From positions 133,459 to 193,297 of the IMG/VR virus record IMGVR_UViG_3300019487_000018: a stretch of DNA of 59,839 nucleotides, one strand, 5' to 3'. Below are positions 9,930 to 20,188 of the stretch, piece by piece. The notes beneath the pieces were generated by a model. The model was given only the letters and a program-made list of their open reading frames with translations, was not told the origin of the DNA and ran no database searches. The DNA comes from a virus. A program made the translations under genes and the position numbers. Position 1 is the stretch's first letter, and the number at the start of each line of letters is the position of its first letter.

Positions 9930-12900
9930 ATGACATCATCATTTGACATCATCAAAGCGGACGGTTCAACATTCACGATCTACGCGTTAGAAGGCGACGG
10001 CTCGAGCAATCTTTCACTCCCACGACAAGTACTCAGTGCGGTGCTGTCTGGTGGCGCAGGTGTAAACTACTTTGAACTTGGTGATGATCTCACGTACCGA
10101 TTTGTACCAGGGTTCACCTTCAACGTTATCATTCTTGATCCACTGTCCTTCCCACCGACCGCAAACGAAGGAACGTATACGGTCGTAACATCATCATATG
10201 TTGGGAACGTTACACGAGTTACAGTTGCTCAAACGATTCCTCGCGGATTCTTTACAATCAACGGAGTGACAATCGGTTCCCAAACATGGCGAATCAGTGG
10301 TAATCATGCTGCTGAATTTGGCGCTGGTACAAGTATCATTGTCACAAACAACTCTGGTAATGGGAACAGTGTATATACTGTTGTATCGGCAACGGTTGTT
10401 GGTCCGAATACTGAAATCGTAGTATTGCAAACAATTCCTGGTGCTTCAGCTGGTGTTGCCGTCGTACAATTTTTTGCGGCTCCTGTTTTCACACCTGCCA
10501 CAACACTCGGAATTACTGCTGGTTTGTATGATATCCGTCTTGCTATCGACGGTGGTGCTTCCTCGATATATACAGTGACCGCCACGGGCACTGACACTAT
10601 GGCGTCAATGGCTGCTCTTCTAACAACAATAACAGGTCTGACTGTTACTGTTGCAAATAATTACTTCACATTTACAAGCGGTACAACAGGTACTGGTTCG
10701 TCTGTTGCTGTCGTAACACCAACTGCTGGCATAAATCCGGACTTATTCGCTGCTATTGATATAGCAAAAACAGCAACACATACGTCCATTAGTACACAAG
10801 GCCGCGCTGCATCATCTGGTGATGGTTTACTAACTGTTAACTCCTACGACATTGTTGGCGTTGTTCCAGGTGTTGGAGGCACTTGGACTATAGCCGGCAA
10901 CACCGCATCACGATTCCCGATTGGCTCTGGATTTGCCGTTTCTGGCAACTCTGCAGGGGATGGTAACTATTCTGTGGCATCAGCAACCAACGTTGGCGCA
11001 GACACGGATATTGTTGTCACGGCAACTATTCCATTGTTGTCCGACACGACAGGTGCAGTTCTTGTTGGAAACATTCCACTTGGTCATATTCAATATCACT
11101 TGACCGTTGCCGATGCTGGCATCAACACGTCGTTCGACCTGCTTGGTAAAGGAATGCCAAACTGGGGCGCAACATTCCAAGGTGACATTGTTCGAGCTCT
11201 TGAAAACCATGCCGCTTCAACGCCACCTGCAGCACCTATGTCTGGTCAATTATGGTATGACACTGGCGCAGCAACCTTGAATCTGTTTGCATCAACGATC
11301 TATGATATTGTTGCCGTCGACACCGTAGGTCCTGTATATGTGTGGACAATTTCTGGTAACCATGCTGCTACTTTCTCGACACTTAACGCTCGATTTGCAG
11401 TGTTTGGTAACACTGGTATCAATGAAGCAAACATCGCCGTTCCGGGCACATATTCCGCTTCGTCGGTGTATCAGATTTTGTCTGCTGTAAACGTTGGTCC
11501 AAACACAGAAATTACAATCAATACAACTGTATCTCCTCCTCTTTCAAACTCGATCCCAAGCGATGCAACCGGTGACGGTAAGTTATATTTGATGAGTGAT
11601 TGGCACGAAATTGCGTTGACGGAGAATGTTCTAACGTTAGATTGGAAAAATTCTGTCCGCGCAGCAACAACAGCAGCACTGCCAGCAGTGACATACAACA
11701 ACGGACTTTCAGGTGTTGGTGCAACACTTACAGCAACCGCTAACGGTGCTCTCCCCGCACAGGACGGTGTTTCTCTTGCTTTGAACGAACGATTGTTGGT
11801 TAAGAATCAAGCAAGCGGACTGCAAAATGGTATCTATACCGTAACACAACTCGGCGATGGCGGCAATCCTTTCATTCTCACACGAGCTGTAGATGCTGAT
11901 ACAAATGCTGATGTAACAGCTGGAATGGCGATGGTTATTGAAGAGGGAGCAACATATAATGATGCAGCTTTCTTCTTGGGAACAAACAATCCAATCACCG
12001 TCGGCACAACCGCATTGATGTTTGTTCAGTTGACAGCATCAATTGCTGCGCCAGTCAATGAGATTGTTTACGGCACTGGCGTCGGTGTGACATCTGAGGC
12101 AGATTTCACGTGGGATCCGACGACAGACACCTTGATGCTTGGAGGTGTTGGTGATTTAGGCACAATTACTAACGGTGATGGTGGAACAATTGAATTCGAC
12201 GCTGGCGTGATTCGCCTAACGGGCGACAACGGCGATTTCATCGAAATTGGCGCAAGTATCAATCTTACCGGTGTTGCAGGCACAACCGGTTCAACAATCA
12301 CAATTGCAGCCGGAGATTCGTCCGTTGCTGCTGGCGGAACAGTTGCCATTGTTGGTGGTGATGCAACACTTGTTGCAGGTGGTCCTGTAACGATTACAGG
12401 TGGTACTGGTGGTACAAGTCTTGGTACCGGCACTGGTGGTGCTGTATCGATTACTGGTGGTACAGCAGGCGCTAACTTGACAAATGGTGGCGCTGTCAAT
12501 ATCCGAGGTGGTTCAGGTGGTGTAGTTGGCGTTAGTGGTGGTGGTGCTGTTAACATCACTGCGGGTGATGGTGTCGGAGCAACCGGAGGCGGCGGTGGTT
12601 CTGTCGTACTTACTGGTGGTACGCCAACCATTCTTGGTATTGGAGGTGGCGTTTTAATTCAAGGAGCACAAGGTCTTGGCCTTGGAAATGGCAGCGGTGG
12701 TGTTGTACTTGTTGGTGCTAATGGTGCTGTAGCAGGCGGTAACGGTGGCTCTATTTCGATTACAGCTGGCACAGCAACAAGTGTATTCACAGCCGGAACT
12801 CTCTCTTTGACAGCAGGCGGTGGGGGAACAACAACGGTCGGTGGTGCAGTAACAATCACTGGTGGTCCAGGCGGTACAGTGTCAGGCACTGGCGGTGCAG

Positions 12901-14264
12901 TAACAATCACTGGTGGTATACCAACAAGTGGTGCCGGTGGTGCGGTAACACTACAAGGTGCTAACTCAGCAACTGGTTTCCAAGGAGGCAATGCAACACT
13001 GCAAGGTGGACGAGGTGGTTCAACCAATACCGGTGGAAACGCTGTAATCACAGGCGGCCTTGGTGGTACGACAAGTGGTGCAGGTGGCAACGTTCTCATC
13101 ACTGGTGGTACACCAACAAGTGGTGCAGGTGGCCTTGTCGTCATAGCAGCCGGTAACGCAACTGGTTCAGCAACTGGTGGAGATGCTTCGCTAGCGGGTG
13201 GTACAGGTGGTACAACCGGCACTGCCGGAACTGTAACAATCATTGGCGGTGCAGGTGGATCAACTTCAGGCAACGGTGGTAGTGCTACTCTTCGTGGTGG
13301 ATCTCCGAGCAACGGTAACGGTGGTAGTGTTATTATTCTTGGTGCAACAGCAGCGGGAACTGGTGCTGGAGGCGATGTATCGATTACAGGTGGCAACGCA
13401 TCGACAACCGGCGAAGGTGGTGACATCACACTCACAGCGGGCAACGGTGCTACATCAAGAGGTGGCATTGTTACTCTCAACGGTGGTACAAATCCATTTG
13501 CTGGCACCGTCAATGCCATCTCAATCAACGGAGGATCAGCAACAAATGCTGGTTCTCTTGGAAACGCTGTTCAAATCAACGGTGGCTCACATACAACCAA
13601 TCAAGGTGGTACGGTAAGCCTTACTGGTGGCACAGGTGGTACATCTGGAACAGGTGGAACCGTAAGTTTGACAGGTGGTACACCTGGTTCAACGTCAACA
13701 GGTGGTGCGATATCGATTGCTGGCGGTCCTGGTGGATCGACATCCGGTGCAGGTGGATCAATTACACTTATAGGTGGTATTCCGACTGATGGAAACGGCG
13801 GAAGTATCACAATCACTGGTCGAAATGCCGTTGGTACAAACCGTGACGGTGGTAACGTCACACTTACACCTGGCACTGCAACAGGCTCAGGAACAGCTGG
13901 TAGAGTGATTATCAATGGTCCTGCTAAGCTTGGACCATTTGCTGAAACGTTTGCAAGTCCATCAATTTCTGCTGGTACGTTGACATTGGATCTCACCACA
14001 GCAAATACGTTTAGTGTGTCACTGAACCAAAACATTACCACACTCAATATCAACAATCCACAAGCATCAAGTGCACATGGCTTTTCAATCATCTTCACAG
14101 CTGACGGAACATTGCGAACAATTACATGGCCGGGTAGTGTCAAGTGGGCAGGAGGTACTGCACCAACCATGACTGCGACAGCAGGAAAGGTTGATATTTT
14201 GACATTCTTTACGGTTGATGGTGGAACTAACTGGTACGGTGTGGTCTCCGGTCAAAACTTTTAA
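9930..14264 (+). CDS. Long tail-fibre-like protein with Gly-rich repeat shaft
   Basis: LLGKG..WG...LENHA...GQLWYD motif; RLLVKNQ...NGIY module; long GGxVxIxGG repeats; C-terminal WPGSVKWAGGTAP...DGGTNWYG domain. Confidence 0.8.
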   Translation: MTSSFDIIKADGSTFTIYALEGDGSSNLSLPRQVLSAVLSGGAGVNYFELGDDLTYRFVPGFTFNVIILDPLSFPPTANEGTYTVVTSSYVGNVTRVTVAQTIPRGFFTINGVTIGSQTWRISGNHAAEFGAGTSIIVTNNSGNGNSVYTVVSATVVGPNTEIVVLQTIPGASAGVAVVQFFAAPVFTPATTLGITAGLYDIRLAIDGGASSIYTVTATGTDTMASMAALLTTITGLTVTVANNYFTFTSGTTGTGSSVAVVTPTAGINPDLFAAIDIAKTATHTSISTQGRAASSGDGLLTVNSYDIVGVVPGVGGTWTIAGNTASRFPIGSGFAVSGNSAGDGNYSVASATNVGADTDIVVTATIPLLSDTTGAVLVGNIPLGHIQYHLTVADAGINTSFDLLGKGMPNWGATFQGDIVRALENHAASTPPAAPMSGQLWYDTGAATLNLFASTIYDIVAVDTVGPVYVWTISGNHAATFSTLNARFAVFGNTGINEANIAVPGTYSASSVYQILSAVNVGPNTEITINTTVSPPLSNSIPSDATGDGKLYLMSDWHEIALTENVLTLDWKNSVRAATTAALPAVTYNNGLSGVGATLTATANGALPAQDGVSLALNERLLVKNQASGLQNGIYTVTQLGDGGNPFILTRAVDADTNADVTAGMAMVIEEGATYNDAAFFLGTNNPITVGTTALMFVQLTASIAAPVNEIVYGTGVGVTSEADFTWDPTTDTLMLGGVGDLGTITNGDGGTIEFDAGVIRLTGDNGDFIEIGASINLTGVAGTTGSTITIAAGDSSVAAGGTVAIVGGDATLVAGGPVTITGGTGGTSLGTGTGGAVSITGGTAGANLTNGGAVNIRGGSGGVVGVSGGGAVNITAGDGVGATGGGGGSVVLTGGTPTILGIGGGVLIQGAQGLGLGNGSGGVVLVGANGAVAGGNGGSISITAGTATSVFTAGTLSLTAGGGGTTTVGGAVTITGGPGGTVSGTGGAVTITGGIPTSGAGGAVTLQGANSATGFQGGNATLQGGRGGSTNTGGNAVITGGLGGTTSGAGGNVLITGGTPTSGAGGLVVIAAGNATGSATGGDASLAGGTGGTTGTAGTVTIIGGAGGSTSGNGGSATLRGGSPSNGNGGSVIILGATAAGTGAGGDVSITGGNASTTGEGGDITLTAGNGATSRGGIVTLNGGTNPFAGTVNAISINGGSATNAGSLGNAVQINGGSHTTNQGGTVSLTGGTGGTSGTGGTVSLTGGTPGSTSTGGAISIAGGPGGSTSGAGGSITLIGGIPTDGNGGSITITGRNAVGTNRDGGNVTLTPGTATGSGTAGRVIINGPAKLGPFAETFASPSISAGTLTLDLTTANTFSVSLNQNITTLNINNPQASSAHGFSIIFTADGTLRTITWPGSVKWAGGTAPTMTATAGKVDILTFFTVDGGTNWYGVVSGQNF

Positions 14265-14273
14265 TGGTGTAGC

Positions 14274-16499
14274 ATGACAATTGCTCGGTCATTCTTCAGG
14301 CAGGCTACAGGAAATTTACAGGGAGCAATGTTGTTTGGCTGGGGAAATGCTACCACAGCAGAAACAGGCACTGGTCTGGGATCAATCACAGGCATATTTG
14401 GTCAGTGGGCAATGGCACCAATTTTTCCAATTGATAATCTTAGTTGGAACACATTGAGTGTCGGTGCTGCACACACCCTTGGAATTAAATCAGACGGCAC
14501 GTTGTGGGCGTGGGGTGAAAATACAAACGGAGCACTTGGTGATGGAACTATAACATCAAGATCGTCCCCTGTGCAAATTGGAACGTCAAGTTGGTTATCT
14601 GTTAGTGCTGGTAATGCTAATAGTTTCGGTATTCGTCTTGACGGTGCATTATTCGCCTGGGGGACAAACACAAGTGGTCATCTAGGTACCGGCAACACAA
14701 CAAACTTTTCATCGCCAGTGCAAATTGGAACATCAAGTTGGTCAATGGTTAGTTCTGGTGAACTTTGGACTGCTGCACTTCGCAGTGATGGAGTTTTGTT
14801 TACCTGGGGCAACGCTGGAGACGGTAAACTCGGTGACGGAACAATCACTAGTAAATCATCGCCCGTTCAAATCGGTGCATCAGTCTGGACGTCAGTTAGT
14901 GCTGGTTCACACCACGGTGCATCTATTCGCTCAGATGGAGCTTTATTCACATGGGGTCGAGGCGTAAACGGACAACTAGGTGACGGAACGTCGGTTAGTA
15001 AGTCATCGCCAGTGCAAATCGGAACATCAAGTTGGAGCATAGTAGACGCTGGTCAAGATCACACAATGGGCATTAAAATAGATGCAACGCTTTGGGCTTG
15101 GGGTGCAGGCACAAACGGAAAACTTGGTGATGGAACAACCGTTTCTAAATCTTCCCCTGTTCAAATTGGTACGTCTAGTTGGAATGCTGTTGCGGCTGGT
15201 CGTGAATTCACTTTCGCTATACGGTTAGATGGTATGCTGTTTTCTTGGGGTGAAAACGATAGTGGTTTGCCTGGACAACTTGCGAATTTGACATTCACAA
15301 ACACTTCCTCCCCTGTTCAAGTTGCTTCAACAGCTAGTTGGACAATGGTGTCGACTGCTAGAACGACAAATGGAAACTCAGGCATGACTGGTGGAAAACG
15401 AACTAACGGTCAAATTTACATTTTTGGTAACGGTCCTGGTGGTGAGGAATTCGGATTCACCTATTGGGTCCCTGCTACTATTAGTCAAACACTGCCGTAT
15501 CCATCCGCCTATGCTGAACATCCAACATCTAGTGCACAAGCACGAAGCTGGAGTGTGATCAGCTCCGGTGACAACTGGAGTGTTGGCATTCGTTCTGATG
15601 GTAGTCTTTGGTCGTGGGGGACAAACACTAACGGGCAACTTGGAAATGGAACAACCGCTGCTACGTGGCCGCCTACACAAATCGGTGCGTCTAGTTGGAC
15701 TGCTATAGCGGCTGGACCGAGTCATGTAGTTGCCATTCGTTCGGATGGTGGATTGTTTACCTGGGGTGCTAACGGTCAGGGACAACTTGGTGATGGATCA
15801 ACAACAGCAAGATCCTCACCAGCTCAAGTTGGTACTGAGAGTTGGGTTGTTGTTACTGCTGGAGGACATGGAACATTCGGTCATTTCTCTGGTGGCATAA
15901 GGGTTGGTGGAGCCTTGTTTATGTGGGGCAGAAACAGCGAAGGTGCACTTGGTGATGGCACAACAACAAACAAATCGTCACCTGTGCAAATTGGAACATC
16001 GAGTTGGAATGCTGTTGCTACTGGTGATTTCCACACGGTTGCAATTCGATCAGGCGGCTCACTATTTGCATGGGGATTTAACGGCAGTGGACAAGTTGGT
16101 GATGGATCAACAACAAACAGATCATCTCCTGTGCAAATTGGAACATCGAGTTGGAATGCTGTTGCAGCAGGCGAATCATTTACTGCTGCAATCCGAAACG
16201 GAGGTAATATTTTCACATGGGGCAACGGTGGAAATGGTCGTCTTGGTGATGGAACTATCGTTTCCAAGTCATCACCTGTGCAGATCGGAACCTCGGTGTG
16301 GACACAGATTACGACCGGTTTCGCATATGTGCTTGCTATACGAAGCGACAACGCTCTCTTTGCATGGGGCAACAACGCAAGCGGACAACTTGGTGATGGA
16401 ACGGTCACAAGCAGATCGTCCCCTGTACAGATTGGTTCTTCCTACCAATGGTCAAGAATTTCCGGTGGTATTGATAGTTCGCTTGCCGTTGCAACTTAA
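14274..16499 (+). CDS. RCC1-repeat beta-propeller protein
   Basis: About a dozen repeats of H..AIRSDG.LF.WG.N..GQLGDGT....SSPVQIG..SW, in two blocks. Confidence 0.92.
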   Translation: MTIARSFFRQATGNLQGAMLFGWGNATTAETGTGLGSITGIFGQWAMAPIFPIDNLSWNTLSVGAAHTLGIKSDGTLWAWGENTNGALGDGTITSRSSPVQIGTSSWLSVSAGNANSFGIRLDGALFAWGTNTSGHLGTGNTTNFSSPVQIGTSSWSMVSSGELWTAALRSDGVLFTWGNAGDGKLGDGTITSKSSPVQIGASVWTSVSAGSHHGASIRSDGALFTWGRGVNGQLGDGTSVSKSSPVQIGTSSWSIVDAGQDHTMGIKIDATLWAWGAGTNGKLGDGTTVSKSSPVQIGTSSWNAVAAGREFTFAIRLDGMLFSWGENDSGLPGQLANLTFTNTSSPVQVASTASWTMVSTARTTNGNSGMTGGKRTNGQIYIFGNGPGGEEFGFTYWVPATISQTLPYPSAYAEHPTSSAQARSWSVISSGDNWSVGIRSDGSLWSWGTNTNGQLGNGTTAATWPPTQIGASSWTAIAAGPSHVVAIRSDGGLFTWGANGQGQLGDGSTTARSSPAQVGTESWVVVTAGGHGTFGHFSGGIRVGGALFMWGRNSEGALGDGTTTNKSSPVQIGTSSWNAVATGDFHTVAIRSGGSLFAWGFNGSGQVGDGSTTNRSSPVQIGTSSWNAVAAGESFTAAIRNGGNIFTWGNGGNGRLGDGTIVSKSSPVQIGTSVWTQITTGFAYVLAIRSDNALFAWGNNASGQLGDGTVTSRSSPVQIGSSYQWSRISGGIDSSLAVAT

Positions 16500-16513
16500 A
16501 TTGTGTAGGCTGT

Positions 16514-17584
16514 TTGAAAAACAACTACAACCCTATGCACCCCATTGACAAACAACTTGATCACATGCTTCACGGACGTTTTGGACGTGGATGGCAAATT
16601 TCAGAAAACCTCGACAAAACAATGCCCGATGATGCACGACATCTGTTTAATCGAGGTTGGTTCCTACTCAATCAAGGGAAATTTCAAGAAGGCTATCAGA
16701 CTCTCGAAGCTGGTCGCTTTTTGAATGTCTACGGTTCTGGACATATAGGCACACAAAAACCAATCTGGAATCCTGCAGAAATGTCCCTCGCAGGGAAACG
16801 TGTGATTCTGGCTCTCGAGGGCGGCTATGGTGATGAGTTAATCAATATTCGATTTGCAACACCACTTGCGGAGCGAGGTGCAACTGTTATAGTTCGTGCA
16901 AGTGAAGCGGTCCATTGTTTGATTAAACGTGTCAAGGGCGTTTCGGAAATTATTACACCTTATCAAGTTCGAGATGTTCATCACGATTGTTGGATTCCTG
17001 GATTCAGTGCTGCTTGGTTGCTCGGTTACGATTACTCAACCTTGATCAATGCTCCGTACCTTACACCACATCCTCAATCGGTTGAAATTTGGAAGAACGT
17101 GATTAAAACCGATAAACTCAAAGTTGGCATTCGATGGAGCGGAAATCCAAAGTTTGAACATCAGCAATTCCGTCGGTTTCCTGTTGAACCTCTACTTGCA
17201 TTGTCTGCATACCAAAACGCACAGTTATACAGTCTTCAACGTGATAATGACTTGTTGGACCTTCCGAACAACATTGTCGATTTGCAACACTTGTTAATAT
17301 CGTGGGAAGACACAACTGCTGCAATTGCGAATATGGATTTGGTGATCTCCTCGTGCACAGCAGTCGCTCATCTTGCGGCAGCAATGGGTAAACCAACATG
17401 GGTTCTTGTTCCAATTCTACCGTATCACATCTGGACATATAAAGCACCAGAATCACGTTCTTCTCCATGGTATGGAGACAACGTTCGGCTTTTCCGACAA
17501 GCAAAGTATGAGTCGTGGGAAAAGCCGTTTAAGATGCTACACAAGCAGTTTGGCCAATGGATAAATACGACGAAATCCTCATAG
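16514..17584 (+). CDS. Glycosyltransferase, GT-B fold/family 9-like, with N-terminal TPR-like helix
   Basis: EGGYGD, KVGIRWSGNP, and DLVISSCTAVAHLAAAMGKPTWVL. Start may be ATG 16535. Confidence 0.85.
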   Translation: MKNNYNPMHPIDKQLDHMLHGRFGRGWQISENLDKTMPDDARHLFNRGWFLLNQGKFQEGYQTLEAGRFLNVYGSGHIGTQKPIWNPAEMSLAGKRVILALEGGYGDELINIRFATPLAERGATVIVRASEAVHCLIKRVKGVSEIITPYQVRDVHHDCWIPGFSAAWLLGYDYSTLINAPYLTPHPQSVEIWKNVIKTDKLKVGIRWSGNPKFEHQQFRRFPVEPLLALSAYQNAQLYSLQRDNDLLDLPNNIVDLQHLLISWEDTTAAIANMDLVISSCTAVAHLAAAMGKPTWVLVPILPYHIWTYKAPESRSSPWYGDNVRLFRQAKYESWEKPFKMLHKQFGQWINTTKSS

Positions 17585-17594
17585 GCTGACCATT

Positions 17595-18278
17595 ATGCAA
17601 CCACCAATTTCATTAGCACAAATCGACGTTGATCCACTTCGTGTAGGACAAACCCACACTGTTGAAGCTCAAACCAAAACAAACACATTCCAAGAAGTGT
17701 TTATCAACGGTCAAAGTTTTGAGATCGACTCTGCGGAGAATACAACAAATCCTGACAGATTCACCATTGCTGATGATTTCACAGACATCTTCACGACAGG
17801 CACAACGTTCTTTGTTAGCGGATCCGCCGGCAACGATGGTACGTATACCGTTGTTGAAAATGCAACGTTTGCGGCTGGGTTTACAACAATCTACGTAACA
17901 AATGGGTCGATTACTACAAATGAAGGCGCTGGCCTCGGCACGGGATTCATCAATACAGGAGAACGGTTGGTCCTTCCGAACAACTCTGCAACACTTATTA
18001 ACGTCTTCTTAGTGGGCCGTGACACAGTAGCCTCGCCAGGCGAAGGCGCTGGTTTCATTACGCGGTCGGCGTTCGTTCGTGATGCAACAGCCGCATCCGT
18101 TGTACGTATTGGAGGCCTCGTTGACAGCTTTTCAAGAGAGAACATGGCTGGAACACCAGATGTCGACCTGACAGCAGATACGACCAACGGCTCGATTAAA
18201 CTCGAAATCAAAGGATCCACCTCTGGTAATGTGGTTGTATGGAGTGGTGTTGTTCTCTTGCAACAGATTGAAACGTAA
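17595..18278 (+). CDS. Virion structural protein
   Basis: TAAATA at 17562-17567; shares NATFAAGFTTIYVTNG with the 7629-9920 protein. Confidence 0.7.
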   Translation: MQPPISLAQIDVDPLRVGQTHTVEAQTKTNTFQEVFINGQSFEIDSAENTTNPDRFTIADDFTDIFTTGTTFFVSGSAGNDGTYTVVENATFAAGFTTIYVTNGSITTNEGAGLGTGFINTGERLVLPNNSATLINVFLVGRDTVASPGEGAGFITRSAFVRDATAASVVRIGGLVDSFSRENMAGTPDVDLTADTTNGSIKLEIKGSTSGNVVVWSGVVLLQQIET

Positions 18279-18293
18279 TGGTACAATGTCCTA

Positions 18294-18884
18294 ATGGCTG
18301 ACATTGATATTGACTTTCGTACCGACTTTGATCCAAAGCGCGTCTTCAAACAGATCATTCCTGCTTCGATCATCAAGAACGATGATCTCGAGAAGCACAA
18401 CTGTGGACACTATTTTCAAACGATTCCTGTTGATCCTGTCACAGGGTTAGCAGCTATTCCTTATGAAGAAGCAGAGGTCTTGGGATACTTTAAGATTGAC
18501 TTCTTACATCTGGCTGTGTTAGACAACTTCACAAGCAAAGACGAAATTCGAAAGCTGATTCGTCAATCACCTGATTGGACCCTTTTATTACACGAGGAAC
18601 ACGTTTCAAAACTCTTCCAAGTCCATAAACGAGCCGACTTGTTGAAACGAATTCGGCCAAATTCAGTTCAGGAATTGGCCGATTGTATTGCATTGATTAG
18701 ACCATCAAAGAAATATCTCATAAATAGATATGTAACAGAGATTAACAATAGAGAAACAATACAAAGAGAATTATACGAAAAACCAACAGAGGGTGGTAGT
18801 AAATGGTTTAAAAAAGCTCATGCGATCAGTTACGCGTTGACAATAGTGCTTCAGTTACACCTTATCCAACAAGGAAAGTTGTAG
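18294..18884 (+). CDS. Miniature DNA polymerase III alpha (DnaE)-like protein
   Basis: DIDIDF, GYFKIDFL, ALIRP and FKKAHAISYA match the DnaE motifs PDxDxDF, KxDFL, ALxRP and FNKSHxxxYA. Confidence 0.75.
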   Translation: MADIDIDFRTDFDPKRVFKQIIPASIIKNDDLEKHNCGHYFQTIPVDPVTGLAAIPYEEAEVLGYFKIDFLHLAVLDNFTSKDEIRKLIRQSPDWTLLLHEEHVSKLFQVHKRADLLKRIRPNSVQELADCIALIRPSKKYLINRYVTEINNRETIQRELYEKPTEGGSKWFKKAHAISYALTIVLQLHLIQQGKL

Positions 18885-18981
18885 GAGCAAACGAAACACG
18901 CCGTCTAAAAGCAGCTTCAACATTCACTGATAAAGCCAACGTTGTCCACAGTAAGAAATTTTTACCGAAAGGCTTTCCTTT

Positions 18982-19446
18982 ATGAAAACACTTGCCACAA
19001 TCAATTTGAGCGACAACCAAAAGCGCGTTATGGCGAAAATTCTTGCTGCGCCAACACCAAAAGTAGCACTTGACAGCATCAGTAAGAATCAAAGCTTGAT
19101 CGCAGCTCGTGACCAGCTCGCAAAGATTGGAATGGTTTCACTGAATCCCAATGGTGCATCGGTAACAGACAAAGGTACAAAGGTGATGCAAGACGAAGCA
19201 CTTGTTGATGAGGGTGGACAACTAACGCCAGATGGTGAACAACTTGCACACACGGACGTGGATGGCAAGCCAGAACAAGACAAAGCCGCTTCTCCCACGC
19301 CGACTGATATGATGGGACAGCCAGAACAACAGCCACAGGCACCGGCTCCAGGTACTCCGCCACCTCAAAGCCAACCAGATCAACTCCAGTTGCAAAGTGT
19401 CAACTGGGAACGATTCAAGTTACTTCGGGAACTGCTCAAAGGGTAA
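18982..19446 (+). CDS. Hypothetical protein with Pro/Gln-rich tail
   Basis: 154-aa ORF with ATG start. Confidence 0.65.
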   Translation: MKTLATINLSDNQKRVMAKILAAPTPKVALDSISKNQSLIAARDQLAKIGMVSLNPNGASVTDKGTKVMQDEALVDEGGQLTPDGEQLAHTDVDGKPEQDKAASPTPTDMMGQPEQQPQAPAPGTPPPQSQPDQLQLQSVNWERFKLLRELLKG

Positions 19447-19896
19447 TACTGTAGTTGAGTATCGAATCTCGACACCCGCAGGAAGAGCCTTGCGTCGTCG
19501 ACGCTTGATACTTTTCACCTGTGCCATGGGAAACTTTGGCACAGGACCAATCACTCTAGAGATGAATTCAACGTTTAACGAACGATAGATTCGTGACGTT
19601 TCGCTAGTCATTCCACGGCGAGAGAATTCAACCGAGACAGGGAATCGGGAGCGATTCTCGAAGTACCAATCCGCTGCAGCAACAATCAAAAATTCTTCAT
19701 TAACACTTTCAGCGCCGCAGTAATCAAGAACGAACGCTTTAATTGTTTCGTCGTCAGCGTTGTCAACAATCGCAAGCATTGGCTGCTTGCGATAGACGAT
19801 CATGGTTACGAATGGATAGCCTTTGTATTCTTTCGGGTGTGCTTCAATGATGAGCGGAACGTTGGTTTTCTTTGCTGTCTTCTTTTTGACCGTCAT
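19420..19896 (-). CDS. Hypothetical phage protein
   Basis: GGAGG RBS before ATG 19896; minus-strand TAAATA at 19917-19922. Confidence 0.7.
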   Translation of the reverse strand: MTVKKKTAKKTNVPLIIEAHPKEYKGYPFVTMIVYRKQPMLAIVDNADDETIKAFVLDYCGAESVNEEFLIVAAADWYFENRSRFPVSVEFSRRGMTSETSRIYRSLNVEFISRVIGPVPKFPMAQVKSIKRRRRKALPAGVEIRYSTTVLPFEQFPK

Positions 19897-19978
19897 TACA
19901 ACCTCCAGAGTGGGGTTATTTATCGGATGGGTACCACGCTTAAAACACAAAGTAAATATGTCAAAGGAGGGGCAAAAT

Positions 19979-20188
19979 ATGTGCGTTGTCAGTGTGATTA
20001 CCGAATACGGTCGCGATAGAATGAGTGCTCCCTGGACGCCAGAACAGTTACAAGCATTCAAAGTTCTGATCGAGCAGGCGCAGAAATTTGACAAGTTAAC
20101 CGATCAACCGAACTGCGAGGATCCTGCAAAAGCTGTGTGGATTGCAGGTGTTGAAGAATCAGTTGGAGCCATCAAGAATGACGTTTGA
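19979..20188 (+). CDS. Small hypothetical protein
   Basis: AGGAGG RBS; TAAATA at 19953-19958; overlaps the SOD start. Confidence 0.6.
   Translation: MCVVSVITEYGRDRMSAPWTPEQLQAFKVLIEQAQKFDKLTDQPNCEDPAKAVWIAGVEESVGAIKNDV

Noticed and set aside
12068-14170. Long Pro-rich minus-strand ORFs
   Set aside because: Antisense shadows of the Gly-rich (GGN codon) fibre gene.
14274-16499. Regularly spaced DNA repeats resembling a CRISPR array or DGR
   Set aside because: They are in-frame RCC1 protein repeats with synonymous variation; no cas or reverse transcriptase gene is present.
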